Assembly (NCBI GenBank): GCA_024636255.1
Contig: JAGXHK010000161.1
Location: forward strand, 1 to 54,283
Length of the DNA: 54,283 bases
Source of the DNA: Desulfuromonadales bacterium
GTDB lineage: Bacteria > Desulfobacterota > Desulfuromonadia > Desulfuromonadales > Geoalkalibacteraceae
Direction of reading: 5' to 3'
The notes under the pieces: generated by a model
The model's database searches: none
Told to the model about the DNA's origin: nothing
What the model saw: only the letters and a program-made list of their open reading frames with translations
In this document: one piece after another, positions 46,385 through 54,283 of the stretch
Layout: each line of letters begins with the position of its first letter
How positions within the stretch are numbered: the first letter of the stretch is position 1
Program-made: the position numbers and the translations under genes

Positions 46385-46577
46385 CGCGTCGGACGCGGTC
46401 AAAATACGGATAAAAGCCTTCAGTCCTCCGCAGGTTGCCACCTGTATTGAGCAAATGAAAACTTGCGTCGCGTCGGGTCAGCGATTACGATATACAACGT
46501 TTCTACCGGGTATTGTCCCGCTGGGCAGCCCGATCATCAGATTTTATGTGCCCTGCCTCTGACCCAGGAGTTTTCGC

Positions 46578-47927
46578 ATGGCAAAAATCGCTCCCTTTCG
46601 GGGCCTTCGCTATAATCCCGAAAAAGTCCCCGACCTCAACAGCGTCATGGCGCCACCCTACGATGTCATCTCTGCCGAGCTGCAGGAGGATCTCTATCGG
46701 CGCAGCCCCTTTAACATCGTGCGGCTGATTCTCGGCAAGCAGGAAAAAACCGACTCGGAAAGCGACAATCGCTATGTTCGCGCTGCGCGCGATTTTGACG
46801 CCTGGCAGCAGCAGGAAGTTCTGCGTCGCGACCCTGAGCCGTCGATATATCTCTATGATCAGGAATATCCCCTTGAGACCGGGGAGAGCGTCGTGCGGCA
46901 GGGGATTATCGCTCTGACCCGCATCGAGGATTTCTCCTCGGGCATGGTCAAGCCGCATGAAAAGACGCTGTCCGGACCCAAAGCCGACCGGCTGAAGCTC
47001 ACCCGGGCCTGCGGGGCGAATTTCAGCCCGATATTCTCACTCTACAGCGATCCCTGCTGCGTTCTCGAATCGCTCAACCGGCGGGAAAAAGAGGGTGCAC
47101 CTGAAATCGAGGTGGTCGATGACGACGGGGTTAAGCACCGGCTCTGGCCGGTCACCGATCCCTTGTTGATCGCCAAGGCGCAGAATCTGATCGACAACAA
47201 GCCCTTATTTATCGCCGATGGCCATCATCGCTACGAAACCGCGCTGAACTACCGCGATGAAATGCGCGAAAAGCATCCCGGCTATACGGGCAAAGAACTG
47301 TTCAACTATGTGCTCATGTATTTCTCGAACATGGATGACAAGGGGATGCTGATTTTTCCCACGCATCGTCTCATCCACGGCATCGAGAGGTTCAATCTCG
47401 GCGAACTGGTCAGCAATCTCAAGGATTACTTCGAGGTCGAGCAGGTCGAGTTCAACCCCTCGGAGGAAAAGGGGCGAACCGAGGTGCGCCAGACCCTGCA
47501 GGAAAAAGGGAGGGAAGGGCATGCCCTGGCCATGTACGCCGGCGGTGGCAGCGTTTATTTTCTGACTCTGCGCGACGAGTCCGTCATGGACCGGTTTTTC
47601 GACGCAAAGAGCCCGAAAGCGCTGCGCATTCTCGATGTATCTATTCTGCACCGGCTGATACTGGAAAACCTGCTGCACATTAGCGCAGAGGCGCAGGAGG
47701 CCCAGACCAATCTGCAGTACGTGAAAAATTTCAATGATCCGTTTGAAAAAGTGCTCTCCGGCGATTGCCAGGTCGCGTTCCTGATGAACCCTCCGCGCAT
47801 GGGTGAGGTACGTGATGTGGCCAATGCCGGTGAAAAAATGCCGCAGAAGTCCACCTATTTCTACCCGAAACTGCTCACCGGCATGGTTGTCAACCGGATC
47901 TATGAAGATGAGAGCGCACCGGAGTAG
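46578..47927 (+). CDS. DUF1015-family protein
   Basis: 449 aa beginning MAKIAPFRGLRYN, with the FIADGHHRYETAL motif characteristic of DUF1015. Confidence 0.85.
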   Translation: MAKIAPFRGLRYNPEKVPDLNSVMAPPYDVISAELQEDLYRRSPFNIVRLILGKQEKTDSESDNRYVRAARDFDAWQQQEVLRRDPEPSIYLYDQEYPLETGESVVRQGIIALTRIEDFSSGMVKPHEKTLSGPKADRLKLTRACGANFSPIFSLYSDPCCVLESLNRREKEGAPEIEVVDDDGVKHRLWPVTDPLLIAKAQNLIDNKPLFIADGHHRYETALNYRDEMREKHPGYTGKELFNYVLMYFSNMDDKGMLIFPTHRLIHGIERFNLGELVSNLKDYFEVEQVEFNPSEEKGRTEVRQTLQEKGREGHALAMYAGGGSVYFLTLRDESVMDRFFDAKSPKALRILDVSILHRLILENLLHISAEAQEAQTNLQYVKNFNDPFEKVLSGDCQVAFLMNPPRMGEVRDVANAGEKMPQKSTYFYPKLLTGMVVNRIYEDESAPE

Positions 47928-47954
47928 ATTTTATATGGACGGCAGCGCGGAGGG

Positions 47955-47980
47955 CCCCGGCTTCTTTCCGGGGTTTTCTG
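47955..47980 (+). terminator. intrinsic terminator after the DUF1015 gene
   Basis: CCCCGG-cttcttt-CCGGGG followed by TTTTCTGTTT. Confidence 0.7.
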
Positions 47981-48041
47981 TTTCAGGTGCGAAAAGAACT
48001 CCCGGCAATATGGCAACCGCGTTTATTCTAATTCCCATCCC

Positions 48042-50234
48042 ATGATCTTGAGGTCCGCCCCCATGAGCATCAACGCCAAGGACATCATCAGTTTTTTCGA
48101 GAACCGGGCTCCGCACCCGCTGACTCCCCAGGAGATCGTGAGGATGATGGGTATCGGGCGGCAGCAGCGAAAGGAACTTCTCGCCAAACTCGACGAGCTT
48201 GCCGATAAGGGCGCTCTGGTGCGGCTCAAGGGAAAGCGCTATGCGCTGCCGCGGCGGGTCAACCTGGTCGTGGGAACGATCAGCCTGCACCGCGACGGCT
48301 ACGGTTTCGTCAAGCCGTCGGAGGGGACAGACAAGGATGTCTTTATCCCGGCGCGCTTCGCCGGCGAGGCCATGCATGGCGACCGGGTTGTGGTGCGCGT
48401 CGAGCGCGGCGCGCGCAGCGGCAAGCCCGAGGGGCGGATCATTCGCGTTGAGGAGCGGGCCCACCAGAGCGTGGTGGGGCGCTATGAAGCATCCCGCAAG
48501 TTCGGTTATGTGGTGCCGGCCGATCCGAGACTGAGCCATGACGTGTATATCCCGCGCTCTGCGGCGGGCAAAGCCCGCCCCGGCGAGATCGTTATTGCGC
48601 GCATCGACAGCTACCCGAGCCGCAACCGCAACCCCGAGGGGACGGTGGTCGAGATATTGGGCGAGCCGGATGACCCGAATGTCGAAGTGCTCACAATCGT
48701 GCACAAACACGGCCTGCCCCATCGTTTTCCCCAGAGCGTTCTCGATGCGGCCGAAGCCGTTCCCGACCAGGTGAGCGAAGAAGAGCGTGTCGGCCGGGTC
48801 GATCTGCGCGACGTGCCCACCGTGACAATCGATGGCGAAACGGCCAAAGATTTCGATGACGCGGTCGCGGTGCGCAGGGAAGACGGTGGAAACATCCGCC
48901 TCTGGGTCTCCATCGCCGATGTCGGACATTACGTCCGCGAGGGCAGCATCATTGACGTGGAGGCCTATGAGCGCGGCACCAGCGTCTATTTCCCGGGTCA
49001 GTGCATCCCCATGCTTCCCGAAAAGCTCAGCAACGGCATCTGCTCTCTCAATCCGCATGTCGAGCGACTGACCATGACCGCCGAAATACTTTTCGATCGT
49101 CAGGGCGAGCGCCTGGAGAGCCGTTTTTACGCATCGGTCATCCGCAGTCACGCCCGTTTGACCTACACCGAGGTGAGCGCCGTCATTGAGCGCGACGACG
49201 CCCAGGTAAAAGCGGCCTATCCGCACCTGGTGGACCACCTGCAGGTGATGAAGGAGCTTGCCCTGCGCCTGACGGCGATGCGCCGGCGGCGCGGCAGCCT
49301 TGATTTCGATCTGCCGGAAGCTGAAATCATTCTCGATCTGCGCGGCCGCATCGAGGACATCGTGCGCTCTGAGCGCAACCTGGCGCACCGCCTGGTCGAA
49401 GAATTCATGCTGGCCGCCAACGAAGCCGTCGCCCGTTTTGTCAGCGATCACGAAGCGCCTCTGCTTTTCCGCGTCCACGAGGCCCCCGATCCTGAGAAAC
49501 TGCAGGAACTTCGCGACTTCGCGCAGAATTTCGGCTGCGATCTCAAGCTGCAGGACAGCAAGGTCCGGCCCGGCCAGTTGCAGGAGCTGCTCAACCAGGT
49601 CGAAGGCCGGCCTGAGGAGCGCCTCATCAACCAGGTCCTGCTGCGTACCATGCAGCAGGCGCGCTATCGCCCTGAGAACATCGGGCATTTCGGCCTGGCT
49701 GCAGAAACCTACTGCCATTTCACCTCTCCCATCCGCCGCTATCCTGATCTGATCGTGCACCGCATACTTTCTGAAGTCATCGTGCATAAAGGCCTGCCGC
49801 CGCATCGACGCCAGCAGTTCGAGCGGAAGCTGCCGCAGGCGGGCGAAGATACCTCGACCCGCGAGCGCAGGGCCATGGATGCAGAGCGCGAGATCGTCAC
49901 TCTGAAAAAGTGCCAGTTCATGGTCGACAGGGTCGGCGAAGAGTTCGACGGCTTTATCTCCGGCGTCCAGTCCTTCGGTTTTTTTGTCGAACTCAAGGGG
50001 ATCTTCGTCGAAGGGCTGGTGCACATCTCGACCCTCGAGGATGACTTCTACCATTTCGAAGAGGAGCATTACCGGCTGATCGGTGAAAACAGCCGGAAGA
50101 TCTTCCAGGTCGGCGGTTCGGTGCGCGTTCGCGTCAATCATGTCAGTATCGAGCGCCGGGAGATCGACTTTATCCTGGTCGGCCCGCCAAGTGGCGCCGA
50201 GCCGGGTTCGGAACACGCCGGCCAACCGGCATGA
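48042..50234 (+). CDS. rnr: ribonuclease R
   Basis: 730 aa. N-terminal HTH/cold-shock-like domains, an RNB catalytic domain and a C-terminal S1 domain. The start may instead be ATG 48063. Confidence 0.9.
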   Translation: MILRSAPMSINAKDIISFFENRAPHPLTPQEIVRMMGIGRQQRKELLAKLDELADKGALVRLKGKRYALPRRVNLVVGTISLHRDGYGFVKPSEGTDKDVFIPARFAGEAMHGDRVVVRVERGARSGKPEGRIIRVEERAHQSVVGRYEASRKFGYVVPADPRLSHDVYIPRSAAGKARPGEIVIARIDSYPSRNRNPEGTVVEILGEPDDPNVEVLTIVHKHGLPHRFPQSVLDAAEAVPDQVSEEERVGRVDLRDVPTVTIDGETAKDFDDAVAVRREDGGNIRLWVSIADVGHYVREGSIIDVEAYERGTSVYFPGQCIPMLPEKLSNGICSLNPHVERLTMTAEILFDRQGERLESRFYASVIRSHARLTYTEVSAVIERDDAQVKAAYPHLVDHLQVMKELALRLTAMRRRRGSLDFDLPEAEIILDLRGRIEDIVRSERNLAHRLVEEFMLAANEAVARFVSDHEAPLLFRVHEAPDPEKLQELRDFAQNFGCDLKLQDSKVRPGQLQELLNQVEGRPEERLINQVLLRTMQQARYRPENIGHFGLAAETYCHFTSPIRRYPDLIVHRILSEVIVHKGLPPHRRQQFERKLPQAGEDTSTRERRAMDAEREIVTLKKCQFMVDRVGEEFDGFISGVQSFGFFVELKGIFVEGLVHISTLEDDFYHFEEEHYRLIGENSRKIFQVGGSVRVRVNHVSIERREIDFILVGPPSGAEPGSEHAGQPA

Positions 50235-51247
50235 GCGCGATGAAGATCATCCGCGACCTGAATAATATCCGTGCGCCTTTTCCGAACGCCGTGGTGACTC
50301 TGGGCAATTTCGACGGGGTTCACCTCGGGCATCGCGAAATTTTCCGCAAGGTTGTTTCACGCGCCCGCGCCATTGGCGGAACGGCCGTGGTCTTCACCTT
50401 TTGGCCGCATCCTCTCAAGCTCATCGATCCCGGGCATGCTCCGCCGTTGATAAATACCCAGCCGGAAAAAGAGCGGCTGATCGCGGCCTCCGGTGTTGAT
50501 GTTCTCGTCTGCCCTCCGTTTACCTACGAATTGGCGGGGATGCCGCCGGAGCATTTCGTCGACGACGTTCTGGTCGAAAAGCTGGGCGCCCGCCACGTTA
50601 TCGTCGGCTTCGATTACGCTTTCGGCCGCAAGCGAGCCGGGAATACCGATTTTCTGATCAACAAGGGGCGCGAGGCCGGCTTCGGCGTCGAGGTGCTCGG
50701 CCCGATCACCGCGGAGGGTGTCCAGTACAGCTCAACCCGCATCCGCGAGCTGATCGCAGAGGGCGATATTTCTCGCGCCAATGCCTTTCTGGGGCGCAAC
50801 TTCAATTTGGAAGGAACTGTTGTCAGCGGCGCCCGGCGCGGCAAGGGGCTGGGATTTCCCACGGCCAACCTGGCATCCAGCAAAGAGCTGCTGCCGCGTC
50901 CCGGAGTCTATGCGGTCAAGGTTCGCTGGCGCGATGCCATGTACGATGGCGTTGTGAACCTCGGGTGGAATCCGACCTTTCGCAACGACACGCTCTCCAT
51001 CGAGGTGCATCTTATCGATTTTTCAGGGGATCTTTATGGTGAGATCCTGCGGGTTTACTTTGTCGAGCGGTTGCGCGACGAGGTTCAGTTTGCCAGCATC
51101 GCTGAACTCACCCGGGCTATCGAGGAGGATGTGCGGCGCGCCCGAGACATCCTGGCGCAAAGCAACGTGGTGGAATTCAGAGAATACCTTGCCGATAACC
51201 CCGGCGCGCAGGGTGGTGCAGACGACGCGCGAGGCTCTCTGCCATGA
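50231..51247 (+). CDS. ribF: bifunctional riboflavin kinase / FMN adenylyltransferase
   Basis: ATGA overlap with rnr. GNFDGVHLGH motif and a C-terminal riboflavin kinase domain (GFPTAN, E..L..F). Confidence 0.95.
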   Translation: MSAMKIIRDLNNIRAPFPNAVVTLGNFDGVHLGHREIFRKVVSRARAIGGTAVVFTFWPHPLKLIDPGHAPPLINTQPEKERLIAASGVDVLVCPPFTYELAGMPPEHFVDDVLVEKLGARHVIVGFDYAFGRKRAGNTDFLINKGREAGFGVEVLGPITAEGVQYSSTRIRELIAEGDISRANAFLGRNFNLEGTVVSGARRGKGLGFPTANLASSKELLPRPGVYAVKVRWRDAMYDGVVNLGWNPTFRNDTLSIEVHLIDFSGDLYGEILRVYFVERLRDEVQFASIAELTRAIEEDVRRARDILAQSNVVEFREYLADNPGAQGGADDARGSLP

Positions 51248-52107
51248 GCATCACCGGAAAAACGCGGGTGCTGGGGATTTTCGGCGACCCCGTCAGCCAT
51301 TCTCTCTCCCCCGTCATGCAGAACGAAGCTCTGGGCGCCGTGCCGATCGATGCGATCTATGTCCCCTTTCATGTCAAAGCCGACCGATTGCCCGAAGCGG
51401 TCGATGCCATCCGCAGCCTGAATCTGCTTGGCGTCAACGTGACCGTTCCCCACAAGGAAGCGATCTGTTCTCTGCTCGATGCGCTCGACGATACGGCGCG
51501 CCTGGTCGGCGCCGTCAATACGGTGGTCAATGAAAAGGGCCGGCTTGTGGGTCATAATACCGACGGTACAGGTCTGCTCACCGCGCTCCGGACCGATCTG
51601 GATTTTAACCCGCGGGATCGGCGCATCTTATTGCTCGGCGCCGGCGGGGCCTGCCGGGCGGCCCTGGCGGTCCTCGCCCGATCCGGCGCCGCCTGGATCG
51701 GTATCGCCAACCGAAATTTCGAACGCGCCCGGAAACTGGCCCGAGAGTTCTCCCCCCATTTCAAAGGCACGGCTATTGCAGAACTTCCACTGCAAGATGG
51801 GGACGGTCCGGACGATATGCCCGGTGGAATCGACCTGGTGATCAACACCACCAGCCTTGGGTTGAAGGAAGAAAATGCGCCCCCGGTTCCCTGGCAGAAG
51901 CTCTCGCCCGGTGCCTGCGTGTACGATATGGTCTACCGGATCGGTGCTGAGACACCTTTGCTGGCCATGTGCAACCGGCGCGGAATTGCCGCTGCGGATG
52001 GCAAGGGGATGCTCGCCGCACAAGGCGAGGAGGCCTTTTATCTCTGGACCGGCATCCGTCCGCCTCCGGGTGTCATGAAAGCCCGGCTTTTGGCCGAGCT
52101 GTCCTGA
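51244..52107 (+). CDS. aroE: shikimate dehydrogenase
   Basis: ATGA overlap with ribF. GDPVSHSLSPVMQN N-terminus and GAGGA Rossmann motif. Confidence 0.95.
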   Translation: MSITGKTRVLGIFGDPVSHSLSPVMQNEALGAVPIDAIYVPFHVKADRLPEAVDAIRSLNLLGVNVTVPHKEAICSLLDALDDTARLVGAVNTVVNEKGRLVGHNTDGTGLLTALRTDLDFNPRDRRILLLGAGGACRAALAVLARSGAAWIGIANRNFERARKLAREFSPHFKGTAIAELPLQDGDGPDDMPGGIDLVINTTSLGLKEENAPPVPWQKLSPGACVYDMVYRIGAETPLLAMCNRRGIAAADGKGMLAAQGEEAFYLWTGIRPPPGVMKARLLAELS

Positions 52108-52123
52108 CATTTCACGCTTCCCA

Positions 52124-52152
52124 TTGACAGGCTGTTATTAAAAATACATGAT
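52124..52152 (+). promoter_or_regulatory. possible sigma70 promoter of pilB
   Basis: TTGACA 52124-52129, a 17-bp spacer, then a weak -10 CATGAT 52147-52152. Confidence 0.3.
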
Positions 52153-52194
52153 GAGCAATCATCAGGATGCTTGCCGCAGGAGATTTTTCTTTAC

Positions 52195-53895
52195 ATGACC
52201 AGTAACCGTCTCGGAGAGCTTCTTGTCCGCAATAAGCTGATTACCGACTCTCAGCTTGTCCAGGCGTTGCAAGAGCAGAAGACTCAAGGGGGGCGGCTCG
52301 GGGCCAGTCTCATCAAGCTTGGCTTCATCCAGGAGGATGACCTTGCCTCCTTTCTGTCCAAGCAATACGGTGTTCCCTCCATAAACCTCGATGAATTCGA
52401 GATCGAGACCTCAGTCGTTCGCCTGATCCCTTCCGAAGTGGCGCAGAAATACCAGGTGGTGCCTGTCAATCGCGCCGGCTCGACGCTGATCATCGCCATG
52501 AGCGATCCGTCCAATATCTTCGCCATCGACGACATCAAATTCATGACCGGCTACAACGTCGAGGTGGTCGTGGCATCTGAAGCCGCGATCCGCAGCGCGA
52601 TCGACCGCTACTACGATCAGAGCGCCACGCTGGCCGATGTCATGGAAGATCTCGATGACATCGATCTCGAACTTGTCGACGAAGAGGATAACGTCGATGT
52701 TCGCGAACTGGAAAAAGCCACCGAAGATGCGCCCGTTGTCAAGCTGGTCAATCTTATTCTGACCGACGCCATCAAGCGCAAGGCCTCCGATATTCACATC
52801 GAACCGTACGAGAAATCGTTCAGGGTGCGCTATCGCATCGACGGCGTGCTCTACGAAGTGATGAAGCCGCCGATGAAGCTTAGAAGCGCGATCACCTCGC
52901 GCCTCAAGATCATGGCCGAGATGGATATCGCCGAACGCCGCCTGCCCCAGGACGGGCGCATCAAGATCAAGCTCCCCGGCGGCAAGGACATGGACTACCG
53001 GGTCAACTGCCTGCCGACTCTCTTCGGCGAGAAGGTCGTTCTGCGTCTTCTCGACAAGAGCAACCTGCAGCTCGACATGACCAAACTCGGCTATGAGGAG
53101 CAGGCCCTGAAATGGTTCATGGAGACGATCCATAAACCTTTCGGCATGGTGCTGGTGACCGGTCCGACCGGTTCGGGAAAGACGGTTTCCCTCTATTCGG
53201 CCCTTTCCGAGTTGAACAAGATCACCGAAAATATCTCCACCGCCGAGGACCCGGTCGAATTCAACTTCGCCGGCATTAACCAGGTGCAGATGCACGAGGA
53301 GATCGGGCTGAACTTCGCCGCGGCGCTGCGCGCTTTTCTCCGACAGGACCCGGATATCATCATGATCGGTGAGATCCGTGACTTCGAAACCGCTGAGATC
53401 GGCGTCAAGGCCGCCCTGACCGGCCATCTCGTGCTCTCGACCCTGCACACCAACGATGCACCGAGCACGATCAACCGTCTGCTCAATATGGGCATCGAGC
53501 CCTTCCTGGTCTCTTCGGCGGTCAACCTGATCACCGCTCAGCGCCTGGGCCGCCGGGTCTGCTCCGAGTGCAAGGAGGTCGAGAATATCTCCAAGCAGAG
53601 CCTGATCGAGGCGGGCGTGCCGGCAGAAGAGGTGGACGATTACACCTGTTACCGGGGTCGCGGCTGCAATCATTGCAACGACACCGGCTACAAGGGTCGC
53701 GTCGGGATCTACCAGGTGATGCCGATGTTCGAGGAGATTCGTGAAATGGTCCTCGCTGGGGCCAATACCTCCGAAATCAAGCGCGAATCGATGCGCCTGG
53801 GGGTCAGAACCATGCGTCAGGCCGCCCTGAACAAGCTCAAGGAGGGTGTGACCTCCTTTGAAGAGGTTCTGCGCTGCACCGTCTCCGATGATTAA
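52195..53895 (+). CDS. pilB: type IV pilus assembly (extension) ATPase PilB
   Basis: ORF 52171-53895. ATG 52195 gives MTSNRLGELLV.. (T2SSE_N domain). Walker A GPTGSGKT, Walker B, His box and a tetracysteine motif (CSEC...CNHC). Confidence 0.95.
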   Translation: MTSNRLGELLVRNKLITDSQLVQALQEQKTQGGRLGASLIKLGFIQEDDLASFLSKQYGVPSINLDEFEIETSVVRLIPSEVAQKYQVVPVNRAGSTLIIAMSDPSNIFAIDDIKFMTGYNVEVVVASEAAIRSAIDRYYDQSATLADVMEDLDDIDLELVDEEDNVDVRELEKATEDAPVVKLVNLILTDAIKRKASDIHIEPYEKSFRVRYRIDGVLYEVMKPPMKLRSAITSRLKIMAEMDIAERRLPQDGRIKIKLPGGKDMDYRVNCLPTLFGEKVVLRLLDKSNLQLDMTKLGYEEQALKWFMETIHKPFGMVLVTGPTGSGKTVSLYSALSELNKITENISTAEDPVEFNFAGINQVQMHEEIGLNFAAALRAFLRQDPDIIMIGEIRDFETAEIGVKAALTGHLVLSTLHTNDAPSTINRLLNMGIEPFLVSSAVNLITAQRLGRRVCSECKEVENISKQSLIEAGVPAEEVDDYTCYRGRGCNHCNDTGYKGRVGIYQVMPMFEEIREMVLAGANTSEIKRESMRLGVRTMRQAALNKLKEGVTSFEEVLRCTVSDD

Positions 53896-53950
53896 ATTTC
53901 AGGCTTTCGGAGTTCAGTGTTCTGCGCCATAGATGTGAGGACGTACCACG

Positions 53951-54283
53951 ATGGCGAACATTCACCAGCTTCTCAAGACCATGGTCGAGCAGGGTTCGTC
54001 CGATCTGCACATCTCGACCGGCACCCCGCCGCAATTGCGCGTCGACGGCAAGATACTCCCCTTGAAGGCGCCGCCGATGACGCCGGCCGAAACCAAGCAG
54101 GTGTGCTACAGCATTCTCACAGACGCCCAGAAACGCAAGTTTGAGGAGGAGAACGAGCTCGACTTCTCGTTCGGCGTCAAGGGGCTCTCGCGCTTTCGCG
54201 GCAATCTGTTCATGCAGCGCGGCGCCGTAGCCGGGGCGTTTCGCCTGATCCCTTACAAAGTGCTGACGTTCGAGGAGCTGGGG
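53951..54283 (+). CDS. pilT: twitching-motility (retraction) ATPase PilT, 5' part (runs off the window)
   Basis: ATG 53951 opens MANIHQLLKTMVEQGSSDLHISTGTPPQLRVDGKI.., a typical PilT N-terminus. The frame stays open to the window end. Confidence 0.9.
   Translation, partial: MANIHQLLKTMVEQGSSDLHISTGTPPQLRVDGKILPLKAPPMTPAETKQVCYSILTDAQKRKFEEENELDFSFGVKGLSRFRGNLFMQRGAVAGAFRLIPYKVLTFEELG

Noticed and set aside
47931-50225. 764-aa ORF antisense to the whole rnr gene
   Set aside because: Shadow ORF typical of GC-rich coding DNA. The plus strand encodes an RNase R with clear RNB and S1 domains. The antisense product is Ala/Arg/Gly/His-rich with no recognisable motif or RBS.

Overview
GC-rich chromosomal segment. 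Its gene content and order look like a Desulfuromonadales (Geobacter/Desulfuromonas-type) deltaproteobacterium; this is an inference from synteny, with no database search. All calls come from reading the ORF track and sequence by eye, with motif-level recognition and hand-counted coordinates.

Left to right:
- The tail of a GGDEF-EAL gene, then an NfeD/SPFH pair.
- Single-chain pyruvate carboxylase.
- A secreted two-repeat protein coupled to comEC, then a REC-GGDEF diguanylate cyclase.
- hisS-aspS and a LysM lipoprotein.
- A central-metabolism block: monomeric icd, mdh, korDABC and acnB.
- A minus-strand block: aguB-aguA, a DedA-PAP2 fusion, an HD protein, a lipoprotein, an MFS transporter and a ferredoxin.
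- Two tandem paralogous type IV minor-pilin/PilY1 modules: pilV-pilW-pilX-orf-pilY1-fimT, then pilV-pilW-pilX-pilY1.
- A DUF1015 gene, rnr, ribF, aroE, and the start of the core pilus locus (pilB, pilT 5' part).

No rRNA, tRNA, CRISPR array or intact transposase was seen.

Most interesting non-coding signals:
1. An identical double-GTATAC palindromic operator overlaps the -10 of TTGACA promoters in front of icd, mdh and acnB. This is a candidate TCA-cycle regulon.
2. An orphan plus-strand promoter/terminator unit sits between two minus-strand genes. It predicts a ~108-nt sRNA with three anti-Shine-Dalgarno CCUCC motifs, antisense to a 20-codon hydrophobic ORF.
3. Two ~165-169-bp rod-like inverted-repeat elements are bounded by CTAG. 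They could be IS630-type MITEs or structured RNAs. One lies directly in the pyc leader.

In the pilus region, the second PilY1 has a degenerate MIDAS and a ~170-aa insertion in its vWA domain. The first module carries an extra small secreted ORF.
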